64,000 bases of DNA from Bradyrhizobium sp. (GCF_030646015.1 NZ_JAUSLT010000067.1:27484-91483), one strand, 5' to 3'. Shown: positions 38,515 to 48,178, counted from the first letter of the stretch. The notes: generated from the letters alone by a model not told the origin. Program-made: numbers and translations.

Positions 38515-39402
38515 ATGCGAACTGCAGTCCCCGAATTCCCGGAAGCCAGGCTGCAAGAGCTTGCCGATCGCTATGCGGTCGCGGTTGCCGCCAAGCGACG
38601 ACGCTTATGGCTGGGTACAGCCGTCCTGATCGCCGCCGCACTTGCCGCCGGCTGGATGGGCGATGTCAAGCTTGGGATGTTCGCCGAGAATTTCTGGCGA
38701 TTCCCGGCCTATTTCGCGAGTACCGCTCCGAAGTTTTCGTTTTCATCTGCATGGGTTGATCTCTCGGAATGGCTCTGGGGGCTGCCGCGCTGGACGCGGC
38801 TGCTCGGAGACACGTTGCTGATCGCGTATGTCGGAACCCTCGCAGGAGCGATAAGCGGCTTCGCTCTCTGCTTTCTGGCATCGGCCAATCTGGTCAAGTC
38901 GCGCGCGATCGTTTTTGTTACGCGGCGTGTCCTCGAATTCTGCCGGACCGTGCCTGAGATCGTCTTTGCCCTGATTTTTGTATTGGCATTCGGGCTCGGG
39001 GCTTTGCCCGGCGTTCTTGCGATCGCGATCCATACCACCGGCGCGCTGGGCAAGCAGTTCGCCGAAGTTGTCGAGAACATCGACATCAACCCGATCGAGG
39101 GAGTGGCCGCGAGCGGAGGAAGCTGGATTCAGATTGTCCGGTTTGGTGCGGTACCCCAGGTTCTTTCGAATTTTGTCAGCTACGCCTTGCTGAGATTCGA
39201 AATCAACGTGCGCGGCGCCGCGGTGATGGGATTCGTCGGCGCCGGCGGGATCGGACAGGATCTGATCGAGGCGGTCCGCAAATTCTACTTCACGGATGTG
39301 AGCGCCATCCTCCTGCTTATTATCGTGACCGTCATGCTGATTGATTTTGTCACAGAGCGCGTGCGCCATCGACTCCTTGGGCTGGAAGGTGCCCGCAAAT
39401 GA
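38515..39402 (+). CDS. phnE: phosphonate ABC transporter permease
   Basis: 6 TM helices. The PhnE-type conserved segment EAVRKF... matches the pattern (DLIEAVRKFYFTDVSAILLLIIV). Confidence 0.9.
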   Translation: MRTAVPEFPEARLQELADRYAVAVAAKRRRLWLGTAVLIAAALAAGWMGDVKLGMFAENFWRFPAYFASTAPKFSFSSAWVDLSEWLWGLPRWTRLLGDTLLIAYVGTLAGAISGFALCFLASANLVKSRAIVFVTRRVLEFCRTVPEIVFALIFVLAFGLGALPGVLAIAIHTTGALGKQFAEVVENIDINPIEGVAASGGSWIQIVRFGAVPQVLSNFVSYALLRFEINVRGAAVMGFVGAGGIGQDLIEAVRKFYFTDVSAILLLIIVTVMLIDFVTERVRHRLLGLEGARK

Positions 39403-40253
39403 ATTCCTTCAATTTCGAAAACCAGGCCACAATCGCTGAACGCCATCCGCACCTGTTCCGTCCGGACTGGTGGAACCGGGGAAAAATCACCGTTGGCTTC
39501 GGCGCAGCGATCGCGTTGTTTGTGTACGGGATCGTCCAGCTCGACATTCCGTTTCACAGGCTTTCTGACGGAATGTTCAGGCTGGGCGGTTTCCTTCAAT
39601 TGATGGTGCCACCCGATCCGGGTTCATGGGCGCAGGCGTTGATCTATTTGCACGCGCTCGGAGAGACCGTGGCGATCGCATTCCTTGGCACGCTGGGTGG
39701 GGCACTGCTGGCGTTTCCGGTTTCCCTGCTGGCGGCGCGCAATGTGGTCGCAAACCGTATCGTCCACCTGTTGACCCGCCGCGGCCTCGATACCATGCGC
39801 GGTGTCGATACCTTGATCTGGGCTCTCATCTGGGTCGGTGTTGTGGGACTGGGTCCGTTTGCGGGCATTCTCGCGCTCATCTGCAGCGATTTTGGGAGTT
39901 TTGGAAAACTCTTTTCGGAGGCCATCGAGGCTGCCGACAAGAAGCCCGGCGAAGGTGTCCTGGCGGCCGGCGGCAGCCATCTCCATGGTATCCGGTTCGG
40001 CTTGCTGCCGCAGGTGATTCCGATCCTGTTGAGTCAGGTGCTTTACTATTTTGAGTCAAATACGCGGTCGGCGACCATCATCGGAATCGTCGGGGCCGGT
40101 GGAATTGGCCTTCAGCTCGCCGAACAAATCCGGGTGCTGGAATGGCAGAGGGTGTCGTTCCTGATTTTGCTCATCCTCATCACGGTATCGTCCATTGACT
40201 GGATTTCCGGCAAACTCCGCTTCGCGATCATCGGACGGCGGGAAATCGCGTAA
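39399..40253 (+). CDS. phnE: phosphonate ABC transporter permease (second copy)
   Basis: ATGA overlap with the upstream phnE. Paralogous TM layout. Confidence 0.9.
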   Translation: MNSFNFENQATIAERHPHLFRPDWWNRGKITVGFGAAIALFVYGIVQLDIPFHRLSDGMFRLGGFLQLMVPPDPGSWAQALIYLHALGETVAIAFLGTLGGALLAFPVSLLAARNVVANRIVHLLTRRGLDTMRGVDTLIWALIWVGVVGLGPFAGILALICSDFGSFGKLFSEAIEAADKKPGEGVLAAGGSHLHGIRFGLLPQVIPILLSQVLYYFESNTRSATIIGIVGAGGIGLQLAEQIRVLEWQRVSFLILLILITVSSIDWISGKLRFAIIGRREIA

Positions 40254-40263
40254 GATCTCGCAG

Positions 40264-40992
40264 CTAGCCGTTCTCGACCAGAAATTCGACCCGCTCGGCG
40301 GCGAAGCGCGCGCGCGTGGTCAGCAGCGGTCTTCCACTGGCATCGACGTCGGTGCTGTCGACCACCAGGACGGGGCGCCCGAGTGCGAGGTCGAGCCTGA
40401 TCGCGTCGGTGGCGTCGACAATGGCGGCGGTGACGCGGGTCGAGGCCCGGCGATAGTCGCGAATGCCGTAATGCGCCAGCAACTTCGTCATCGAGCGCAC
40501 CCGCTCATAGGTGCGTCCAGCGTCGGGAAATTGCGCTGCCGCGAGCCAGGTGGTGCCGATGCAGATCGGGGTGCGGTCGGCGAGCCGCAGCGCCTCGATC
40601 CGAATCAGGGGTGTTCCGGTTTTCAGGCCGAGCTGCTTCGCCAGTTCGCGCGTTGCCGGCTCTTCGGAAGCGCCGATCAGCTGACCGCGCGGCTCGCGGC
40701 CGCCGGCGCCGACGATCTCGGAAAACCGGGTGCGCGAGCGCAGCGGATAGGCAATGCGCGGTGCTTCCACGTAGGTGCCGCTGCCGCGCTCGGCGCGCAC
40801 CAGGCCGCGCTCGGCCAGCGTCGCCAGCGCCCGGCGCACGGTATGGCGGTTGACGCGGTAGGTTTCGGCGATTTCGGTCTCGCCCGGCAACCGCTCGCCC
40901 GCGGCAAAGCGGCCGTCGGCGATGCCGCGCTCGATGCCGTCGGCGACCTGGCGCCACAACGCCACGCCGGAGGCTGCGTCCTGCATGCTCAT
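40264..40992 (-). CDS. phnF: GntR/HutC-family phosphonate-metabolism transcriptional regulator
   Basis: N-terminal GntR wHTH (LPGETEIAETYRVNRHTVRRALATLAERGLV) and a UTRA-type C-terminal domain. Divergent from phnG. Confidence 0.85.
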   Translation of the reverse strand: MSMQDAASGVALWRQVADGIERGIADGRFAAGERLPGETEIAETYRVNRHTVRRALATLAERGLVRAERGSGTYVEAPRIAYPLRSRTRFSEIVGAGGREPRGQLIGASEEPATRELAKQLGLKTGTPLIRIEALRLADRTPICIGTTWLAAAQFPDAGRTYERVRSMTKLLAHYGIRDYRRASTRVTAAIVDATDAIRLDLALGRPVLVVDSTDVDASGRPLLTTRARFAAERVEFLVENG

Positions 40993-41034
40993 GGCGCGAA
41001 AAAGCCGGGGAGGGGCATCGGAAAAATCATCCTG

Positions 41035-41052
41035 ATGTCACGAAACAGTCAT
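41035..41052 (+). promoter_or_regulatory. Pho-box-like site upstream of phnG
   Basis: ATGTCAC-GAAA-CAGTCAT, 71 nt upstream of the phnG ATG. Confidence 0.45.
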
Positions 41053-41063
41053 GGCGCTTCGCT

Positions 41064-41095
41064 ATCAAGTTGTCTAATAACATAGACAACTTGAT
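41064..41095. promoter_or_regulatory. perfect 13-bp inverted repeat, candidate PhnF (HutC-type) operator
   Basis: ATCAAGTTGTCTA-ataaca-TAGACAACTTGAT. It contains the GT.TA/TA.AC half-site style of the HutC subfamily and sits between the Pho-box-like site and the phnG start. Confidence 0.55.
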
Positions 41096-41122
41096 TCCGG
41101 CAAGACCGATCTGAAGGCTGAT

Positions 41123-41584
41123 ATGACCGTCGCGGACGAAAACGGCAAACAGGCGCAGCGCAAGGCGGCCATGGCGGTGCTCGCGCATTCCGATGCGGCG
41201 GAGATTGCCCGTCGTCTCGAGCCGATCGCGGTGCCGGCTTACGAAAACCTGCGCGAGCCCGAGAACGGGCTGGTGATGCTGCGCGGCCGCATCGGCGGCG
41301 ACGGCGCGCCGTTCAACCTCGGCGAGGCCACGGTTTCGCGTGCCGCGGTGCGGCTGGCGACCGGCGAGGTCGGCTTCGGCTACACGCTCGGCCGCGACCG
41401 GCAAAAGGCGCAGATGATCGCGCTGTGCGACGCATTGGTGCAGTCGAATGAGTTCTCGGGGGCGGTTGAAGCAAATGTGCTGACGCCGCTTCGTGCCGCG
41501 ATGGCCTCCGAACGGGATCGCAAGGCCGCGGAGACCGCGGCGACGCGGGTCGATTTCTACACGATGGTGCGCGGTGAGGGCTGA
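41123..41584 (+). CDS. phnG: C-P lyase complex subunit PhnG
   Basis: Size and position at the head of the phnGHIJKLMN series; conserved PhnG-like sequence. Confidence 0.85.
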   Translation: MTVADENGKQAQRKAAMAVLAHSDAAEIARRLEPIAVPAYENLREPENGLVMLRGRIGGDGAPFNLGEATVSRAAVRLATGEVGFGYTLGRDRQKAQMIALCDALVQSNEFSGAVEANVLTPLRAAMASERDRKAAETAATRVDFYTMVRGEG

Positions 41585-41587
41585 ACG

Positions 41588-42196
41588 ATGACGACGGTTG
41601 CCGAACTGCCTGCCGGGTTTGCGGACAAGGTTCTGTCCGCGCAGACCACCTTCCGGTCAGTGATGGATGCGATGGCGCGCCCGGGCAGCGTCCAGCGCGT
41701 CACGGCGGTATCCGGCGCGCCTGCATCCTTGATGCGCGGCACCGCCGCCATCGCATTGACGCTGTTCGACCACGACACGCCGGTCTGGCTCGACCCGCTT
41801 CTGTCCGAGACATCTGATGTCGCCAAATGGCTCAAGTTTCACACCAGCGCGCCGGTCATCCCGGATTCGTCGATCTCCAGCTTTGCCGTCATCGGCGAAC
41901 CGCGAGCCCTCCCGGCGCTCGACCGTTTTGCCTTCGGCAGCAATGAGTATCCGGATCGTTCGACGACGGTCATTCTGCAGGTTGAGAGCCTGACGATGGG
42001 CCCTGCCTTCGAGTTGCGCGGCCCCGGCATCGACGGCACCGCCGTGTTGCGGGCGACGCTGCAGCCTGCGGACCTGTTTGAACGGCTCGCCATCAACGCC
42101 ACGCTGTTTCCGCGCGGTATCGATGTGGTGCTGGTGGCTGATGATGCCGTTGTCGCGATCCCGCGCACCACGCGGCTTGTCGCGAAGGGAGGCTAA
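41588..42196 (+). CDS. phnH: C-P lyase complex subunit PhnH
   Basis: FR..MDAMARPG motif (TTFRSVMDAMARPGS). Confidence 0.85.
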   Translation: MTTVAELPAGFADKVLSAQTTFRSVMDAMARPGSVQRVTAVSGAPASLMRGTAAIALTLFDHDTPVWLDPLLSETSDVAKWLKFHTSAPVIPDSSISSFAVIGEPRALPALDRFAFGSNEYPDRSTTVILQVESLTMGPAFELRGPGIDGTAVLRATLQPADLFERLAINATLFPRGIDVVLVADDAVVAIPRTTRLVAKGG

Positions 42197-42199
42197 CGG

Positions 42200-43309
42200 A
42201 TGTATGTCGCCGTCAAGGGTGGTGAACGCGCCATCGAGAACGCCCATCGGCTGCTGGCGCATGAGCGCCGTGGCGACCGCGAGGTCCCCGAACTCTCGCT
42301 CACGCAGATCTCCGGACAACTCAGCCTCGGCGTCGATCGCATCATGACCGAGGGCTCGCTGTACGACCGTGAGTTGGCGGCACTGGCGTTGAAGCAGGCG
42401 CGCGGCGACATGATAGAGGCGATCTTCCTGGTCCGCGCCTTCCGCGCCACCTTGCCGCGTTTCGGCGCCTCCGAGCCGGTCGATACCGGCCAGATGCAGG
42501 TGCGCCGCCGCATCTCCTCGACCTTCAAGGATATTCCGGGCGGCCAGATTCTCGGGCCGACCTTCGATTACACCCACCGCCTGCTGGATCCGGAATTGGC
42601 GGAAGGCTCAAAGCCCGAGGCGCCCGCGACCGCGGAAGCATCCGCGGCGATCATGCCACGCGTCACTGACATTCTCGGCCGCGACGGCCTGATCGAGCCT
42701 TCACCGCAGTTGGATGCTGATGCGCCGGTAGGCGATCTCACCCGCGAGCCGCTCAGTTTCCCCGCCGATCGCGATTTGCGGCTGCAGAATCTGGCGCGCG
42801 CCGACGAAGGTTTTTTGCTGGCGCTCGGCTATTCGACGCAGCGCGGTTATGGCCGCAGCCACCCGTTCGCCGGCGAAATTCGGCTCGGCGAGGTCGAGGT
42901 GGAATTCATGGCCGAAGACGTCGGCTTCGCCGTACCGCTCGGCGCGGTCACGTTGACCGAGTGCCAGATGGTCAACCAGTTCAAGGGCTCGGCGACCGAG
43001 GCCCCGTGTTTTACGCGGGGCTACGGGCTGGCGTTCGGACAGTCGGAGCGCAAGACCATGTCGATGGCGCTGGTCGACCGCAGCTTGCGCGCCCGTGAGC
43101 TCGGGGAGGAGGTCATCGCGCCGGCCCAGGACGAAGAGTTCGTGATGTCGCATTCCGACAATGTGCAGGCGACCGGCTTCGTCGAACATCTCAAGCTGCC
43201 GCATTACGTCGACTTCCAATCCGAACTCGGCCTGTTGCGCAAGCTGCGCAAGGAGTTTTCGGAAGCGGCGGCGGACACCCCGGAGCCGATGCAGGAGGCC
43301 GCGGAATGA
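42200..43309 (+). CDS. phnI: C-P lyase complex subunit PhnI
   Basis: MYVAVKGGERAIENAH N-terminus is typical of PhnI. Confidence 0.9.
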   Translation: MYVAVKGGERAIENAHRLLAHERRGDREVPELSLTQISGQLSLGVDRIMTEGSLYDRELAALALKQARGDMIEAIFLVRAFRATLPRFGASEPVDTGQMQVRRRISSTFKDIPGGQILGPTFDYTHRLLDPELAEGSKPEAPATAEASAAIMPRVTDILGRDGLIEPSPQLDADAPVGDLTREPLSFPADRDLRLQNLARADEGFLLALGYSTQRGYGRSHPFAGEIRLGEVEVEFMAEDVGFAVPLGAVTLTECQMVNQFKGSATEAPCFTRGYGLAFGQSERKTMSMALVDRSLRARELGEEVIAPAQDEEFVMSHSDNVQATGFVEHLKLPHYVDFQSELGLLRKLRKEFSEAAADTPEPMQEAAE

Positions 43310-44190
43310 ACGCGCCGGTCTACAATTTCGCCTATCTGGATGAGCAGACCAAACGGATGATCCGCCGCGCCGTCCTGAAGGCGATCGCGATTCCCGGTTA
43401 CCAAGTGCCGTTCGCCAGCCGCGAAATGCCGATGCCCTATGGCTGGGGCACCGGCGGCGTGCAGGTGACCGCCGCGATCCTCGGGCCTGACGATGTGCTG
43501 AAGGTGATCGATCAGGGTTCCGACGACACCACCAACGCGATTTCGATCCGAAAGTTCTTCGCCAGGACCGCCGGCGTCGCGACCACGACCGCCACGGCGG
43601 ATGCCACCGTAATCCAGACAAGGCACCGGATTCCCGAATCGCCGCTGCATGGCGGGCAGGTGCTGGTCTATCAGGTGCCGATCCCCGAGCCGCTGCGCTT
43701 CCTCGAGCCGCGAGAGACCGAGACCCGGCGCATGCATGCGCTCGGCGAATATGGCCTGATGCACGTCAAGCTGTACGAGGACATCGCGCGCTTCGGGCAT
43801 ATCGCCACCTCCTATGCCTATCCGGTGAAGGTCAATGCCCGCTATGTGATGGATCCGTCGCCGACGCCGAAGTTCGACAATCCGAAGATGGACAATTGCC
43901 CGGCGCTGCAGCTGTTCGGCGCCGGCCGCGAGAAGCGCATCTACGCGATCCCGCCCTATACCTCGGTGGTTTCGCTGGATTTCGAGGATCATCCGTTCAC
44001 GCGCTACCGCTTCGATGCGCCCTGCGCGCTGTGCGGTGCCGATGACTCCTATCTCGATGAAATCGTTACCGATGACCAGGGCAGCCGCATGTTCGTCTGC
44101 TCCGACACCGACTATTGCGAGAACCGCCAGGCAGAGGGTCATCGCGGCAGCGAGAGCGCGGCCCCGCACAAGGAGAGGCCGCATGGCTGA
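43306..44190 (+). CDS. phnJ: alpha-D-ribose 1-methylphosphonate 5-phosphate C-P lyase PhnJ
   Basis: YNFAYLDEQTKRMIRRA...PYGWGTGG, and a C-terminal Cys cluster CALCGA...VCSDTDYC. Confidence 0.95.
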   Translation: MNAPVYNFAYLDEQTKRMIRRAVLKAIAIPGYQVPFASREMPMPYGWGTGGVQVTAAILGPDDVLKVIDQGSDDTTNAISIRKFFARTAGVATTTATADATVIQTRHRIPESPLHGGQVLVYQVPIPEPLRFLEPRETETRRMHALGEYGLMHVKLYEDIARFGHIATSYAYPVKVNARYVMDPSPTPKFDNPKMDNCPALQLFGAGREKRIYAIPPYTSVVSLDFEDHPFTRYRFDAPCALCGADDSYLDEIVTDDQGSRMFVCSDTDYCENRQAEGHRGSESAAPHKERPHG

Positions 44191-44986
44191 CAACAATGCC
44201 GCTGTGCAGGACAATGACCAGCCGCTGCTGATGGCCGAGGGCCTCGGCAAGACCTATGGCCGGCTCAGCGCCTGCCGCGACGTCTCCTTTGCGCTCTATC
44301 CCGGCGAGGTGCTGGCGATCGTCGGCGAATCCGGATCGGGCAAATCGACCTTGCTGCAACTGTTGTCGGCGCAGCTGGCGCCGAGCGCCGGGAAAGTATC
44401 GTACCGGATGCGCGACGGGGTGATGCGCGACCTGGCGGCGCTTGGTGAGGCCGAGCGCCGGTTCCTGTTTCGCACCGACTGGGGCTATGTGCATCAGGAT
44501 CCCGTGCTGGGATTGCGGATGGCGGTCTCGGCCGGCGCCAATGTCGGCGAGCGGCTGATGGCGGTCGGCTGGAATCACTATGGACGCATCCGCGACACCG
44601 CGACATCCTGGCTGGAGCGCGTCGAAATCGATATCGAACGCATCGATGATGCGCCGCGAACCTATTCCGGCGGCATGCGGCAGCGGCTGCAGATTGCGCG
44701 CAATCTGGTGACCGAACCGCGCCTGGTGTTCATGGATGAGCCGACTGGCGGCCTGGACGTGTCGGTGCAGGCACGGCTGCTCGATTTGATGCGCAATCTG
44801 GTCAGCGAACTCGGCCTTGCCGCCATTGTCGTCACCCATGACCTCGCGGTAGCGCGGCTGTTGTCGCACCGGGTGATGGTGATGAAGGGGGGCCGCGTCA
44901 TCGAGACCGGGTTGACCGACCAGGTGCTCGACGACCCCCGCGAGCCCTATACCCAGTTGCTCGTCTCCTCGATTTTGCCAGCGTGA
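44183..44986 (+). CDS. phnK: phosphonate C-P lyase system ATP-binding protein PhnK
   Basis: Internal ATG at 44183 overlaps the phnJ stop. Walker A GESGSGKST and signature YSGGMRQR. Confidence 0.9.
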   Translation: MADNNAAVQDNDQPLLMAEGLGKTYGRLSACRDVSFALYPGEVLAIVGESGSGKSTLLQLLSAQLAPSAGKVSYRMRDGVMRDLAALGEAERRFLFRTDWGYVHQDPVLGLRMAVSAGANVGERLMAVGWNHYGRIRDTATSWLERVEIDIERIDDAPRTYSGGMRQRLQIARNLVTEPRLVFMDEPTGGLDVSVQARLLDLMRNLVSELGLAAIVVTHDLAVARLLSHRVMVMKGGRVIETGLTDQVLDDPREPYTQLLVSSILPA

Positions 44987-44996
44987 GCACAAACCT

Positions 44997-45695
44997 ATGA
45001 CTGCGATGATCGATATCAGCCGTGCGGAAAAGACCTTCACCATGCATCTGCAGGGCGGGATCGAACTGCCGGTCGTGAGCGGTGTCACCTTTCAGGTCGA
45101 GCCCGGCGAATGCGTGGTGCTGTCGGGTCCCTCGGGCGCCGGCAAATCCTCGATCCTGAAAATGATCTTCGGCAATTATCGCTGCGATGGCGGCCGCATC
45201 GGCATCCGCCACCAGGGCGCGCTGGTCGATCTCGCCAGCGCCGAGCCGCGACAAATTCTCAGCGTGCGCCGCGCCACGATCGGCTATGTCAGCCAGTTCC
45301 TGCGGGCGGTGCCGCGCGTCGCCACCATCGATGTGGTGGCCGAGCCCCTGATATCAAACGGAATGGCGCGTCCGGAGGCTCAGGAGCGGGCAGGGCAGCT
45401 GCTGCGCCGCCTCAACATTCCGGAGCGGCTGTGGGCGCTGCCGCCCTCGACCTTTTCCGGCGGCGAGCAGCAGCGCGTCAACATCGCGCGCGGCTTTATC
45501 TCCGATCTGCCGATCCTGCTGCTGGACGAGCCGACCGCCTCGCTCGATGCCGCCAACCGCGCCGTCGTGGTCGAACTGATCGACCAGAAGAAACGTGCCG
45601 ATGTCGCCATGGTCGCCATCGTCCATGACGACGAGATCCGCCATCTGATCGCCGACCGCATCGTCGACGTGACGTCGTTTGCATCAGCCGCATGA
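44997..45695 (+). CDS. phnL: phosphonate C-P lyase system ATP-binding protein PhnL
   Basis: Walker A GPSGAGKSS and signature FSGGEQQR. Confidence 0.9.
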   Translation: MTAMIDISRAEKTFTMHLQGGIELPVVSGVTFQVEPGECVVLSGPSGAGKSSILKMIFGNYRCDGGRIGIRHQGALVDLASAEPRQILSVRRATIGYVSQFLRAVPRVATIDVVAEPLISNGMARPEAQERAGQLLRRLNIPERLWALPPSTFSGGEQQRVNIARGFISDLPILLLDEPTASLDAANRAVVVELIDQKKRADVAMVAIVHDDEIRHLIADRIVDVTSFASAA

Positions 45696-45710
45696 AGAAA
45701 GAATTTTGAC

Positions 45711-46868
45711 ATGACTTCGACCGGGTCCGACACCGTTATCGGCAATGCCAGGATCGTTCTGGCCGACCGCGTGATCGAACGCGGCTGGATCGCATTTGCG
45801 AATGGCCGTATCGCGGAAACGGGCGAGGGTGACGCTCCCGCCGGCAGCGAGGATGCGGCCGGCGACATGATCATGCCCGGCCTGATCGAACTGCACACCG
45901 ATCATCTGGAAGCCCATTACGTGCCGCGTCCAAAAGTGTTCTGGGATCCGATCGCGGCGGTTGTGTCCTATGACGCGCAGCTGGCGACATCGGGCATCAC
46001 CACGGTGCTGGATTCCTTAAGGGTCTGGCGCGAGGACGGCGCCGAGGACGTCGATGGCAGGGCAGGCGTGCTGGCCGCGGCGATCTCGTCGGCGCGCGAC
46101 GCCAATCTGCTGCGATCGGATCATTTCCTGCATCTGCGCTGCGAGATCCCGATGCCGAGCGTGGTCGAGGAGGCCAAGGAACTGATCGGGCGACCGGACG
46201 TCCGCCTGATGTCGCTGATGGACCACACGCCGGGGCAGCGTCAGTTCCGCGACGAAGGCAAGCTGCGCGACTATTATCGCGGCAAGGGCGCCGGTATGAC
46301 CGACGCCGAACTCGACGTGCTGTTCGAGCGGCGTTTTGCCTATCAGAAGGCCTATGCCGCGACCAACATGCGCGAGATCGTGGCGCTGGCGCACCACTAC
46401 AATATCCCGCTCGCCAGCCACGACGACACGACAGATGAAAACGTTGCCGATGCCGTTCGTGATCGGATTTCGGTGGCGGAATTTCCGACCACGATGGAAG
46501 CCGCGCATGGATTGCACCAGGCCGGTATCGGCATCCTGATGGGCTCGCCGAACGTGGTGCGCGGCGGCTCGCATTCCGGCAATATCGCCGCGGTCGATCT
46601 CGCCCGCGAAGGGCTGCTGGACATCCTGTCGTCCGATTACATCCCCTCGAGCCTGCTGATGGCGGCGCTGCAGCTGCCGCAATGCGCGCCGGCCATCGAT
46701 CTCGCCTCCGCCGTCCGCACCGTCACCAAGACGCCCGCCGAAGCGGTGGGGCTCGCCGACCGCGGCGAGATCGCGGCCGGCAAGCGCGCCGACCTGATCC
46801 GTGTGCATGTCGCCCGCGACATTCCGGTGGTGCGCAGCGTCTGGCGTGAAGGACACCGCGTGGCGTGA
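45711..46868 (+). CDS. phnM: alpha-D-ribose 1-methylphosphonate 5-triphosphate diphosphatase (PhnM paralogue 2)
   Basis: MPGLIELHTDHLE, an amidohydrolase fold, and the in-series position after phnL. Confidence 0.9.
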   Translation: MTSTGSDTVIGNARIVLADRVIERGWIAFANGRIAETGEGDAPAGSEDAAGDMIMPGLIELHTDHLEAHYVPRPKVFWDPIAAVVSYDAQLATSGITTVLDSLRVWREDGAEDVDGRAGVLAAAISSARDANLLRSDHFLHLRCEIPMPSVVEEAKELIGRPDVRLMSLMDHTPGQRQFRDEGKLRDYYRGKGAGMTDAELDVLFERRFAYQKAYAATNMREIVALAHHYNIPLASHDDTTDENVADAVRDRISVAEFPTTMEAAHGLHQAGIGILMGSPNVVRGGSHSGNIAAVDLAREGLLDILSSDYIPSSLLMAALQLPQCAPAIDLASAVRTVTKTPAEAVGLADRGEIAAGKRADLIRVHVARDIPVVRSVWREGHRVA

Positions 46869-47452
46869 CCGACGAGTCGACGATATCTGGCCATCGCGCC
46901 GCCGCGGGGATCGGGCCCGGCCGGCTGGTTCTGGTGGTCGGCCCGAGCGGCGCCGGCAAGGACACGCTGATCGGGCTGGCCCGGGCCGCCTGCGCCGATG
47001 ACGGCACGATCGTCTTTCCGCGCCGGGTGGTGACGCGGGAACCCTCGTCCTTCGAAGACAATGAGCAGGTGAGCCTGGAAGCCTTTGCGCAGGCACAGGC
47101 GCAAGGTGAATTTGCAGTCCATTGGGAAGCGCATAGCCATTGCTACGCGTTGCGCCGCGCGATCGACGACCAGATCGGCGCCGGGCGCGCGGTCGTCGCC
47201 AATGTATCGCGTACGGTAGTCGAGGCGATGCGCCGCACCTACCTCGACGTCGTCGTGGTCTCGATCACGGCGCCGCCTGAAGTCCTTGGCCAGCGACTGG
47301 CCGCGCGGGCGCGCCGCAGTGACGGACAGATCGCCGACAGGCTCCGCCGTGCCGTCGATGATGCGGCGGCCGCGCCTGATGTCACCATCATGAATGTCGA
47401 AAACGCCGAGGATCATGCGCTGGAACTGTTGCGGGCTATCAGGGGTGCTTGA
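46865..47452 (+). CDS. phnN: ribose 1,5-bisphosphate phosphokinase PhnN
   Basis: GTGA overlap with phnM. P-loop VVGPSGAGKDTL. Confidence 0.85.
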   Translation: MTDESTISGHRAAAGIGPGRLVLVVGPSGAGKDTLIGLARAACADDGTIVFPRRVVTREPSSFEDNEQVSLEAFAQAQAQGEFAVHWEAHSHCYALRRAIDDQIGAGRAVVANVSRTVVEAMRRTYLDVVVVSITAPPEVLGQRLAARARRSDGQIADRLRRAVDDAAAAPDVTIMNVENAEDHALELLRAIRGA

Positions 47453-47455
47453 ACG

Positions 47456-48067
47456 GTGTCGATAATCGCAACGGTCGCGGAATTGGAAGCGATCTATGGT
47501 CAGCCGGGCGAGGCGTCGACCGTCAAGGTCGCCGACCGGATCACGCCGCCTTACCGGGTGTTGATCGACAAGTCGCCGTTCGCGGCGCTGGCGACCTCAG
47601 GCCCGGAGGGGCTGGATTGTTCGCCGCGCGGCGATCTGCCCGGTTTTGTCAGAGTCCACGATGAGAAGACCCTGATGATGCCGGACCGCCGCGGCAACAA
47701 CCGGGTGGATTCGCTGCGCAACATCGTGCGCGACCCCAGGATCGCGCTGTTGTTCCTGATACCTGGCTCCGGCAGCACGCTGCGCGTCAACGGCCGCGCG
47801 CAGGTGTCGGCCGATCCGCAACTGCTGGCATCGTTCACGTTCGACGGCAAGGCGCCGCGCACCGTCATCGTCATGACGGTCGACGAGATCTATTTTCAGT
47901 GCGCCCGCGCCATCGTGCGTTCGGATCTCTGGAATCCGGACAAGCGGGTGGACCCGAAGATCCTGCCGACGCCCGGCCAGATCCTCGCCGACATGAGCGA
48001 GAATCGCGTCGGCGGCGAAGCGTACGACAAGGCATGGCCGGAGCGGGCGCGGCAGTCGCTGTGGTAG
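47456..48067 (+). CDS. pyridoxamine 5'-phosphate oxidase-family (PPOX-class FMN-binding) protein
   Basis: GTG start 3 nt after the phnN stop. PDRRGNNRVDSLRNI...ALLFLIPG is typical of the MSMEG_1061-like PPOX class. Confidence 0.65.
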   Translation: MSIIATVAELEAIYGQPGEASTVKVADRITPPYRVLIDKSPFAALATSGPEGLDCSPRGDLPGFVRVHDEKTLMMPDRRGNNRVDSLRNIVRDPRIALLFLIPGSGSTLRVNGRAQVSADPQLLASFTFDGKAPRTVIVMTVDEIYFQCARAIVRSDLWNPDKRVDPKILPTPGQILADMSENRVGGEAYDKAWPERARQSLW

Positions 48068-48101
48068 GGCGTCTTGCGGAGCTTCCGGCCACGAACGGCT
48101 T

Positions 48102-48119
48102 CTGTCATCCAACCGTCAA
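48102..48119 (+). promoter_or_regulatory. Pho-box-like site upstream of ppk2
   Basis: CTGTCAT-CCAA-CCGTCAA, 60 nt upstream of the ATG at 48179. Confidence 0.5.
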
Positions 48120-48178
48120 CTCCGTCGTTCAGAGACTAGCGTCCCACCAGCACGGTTTGCCTATCGTCGGAGTCGTCC

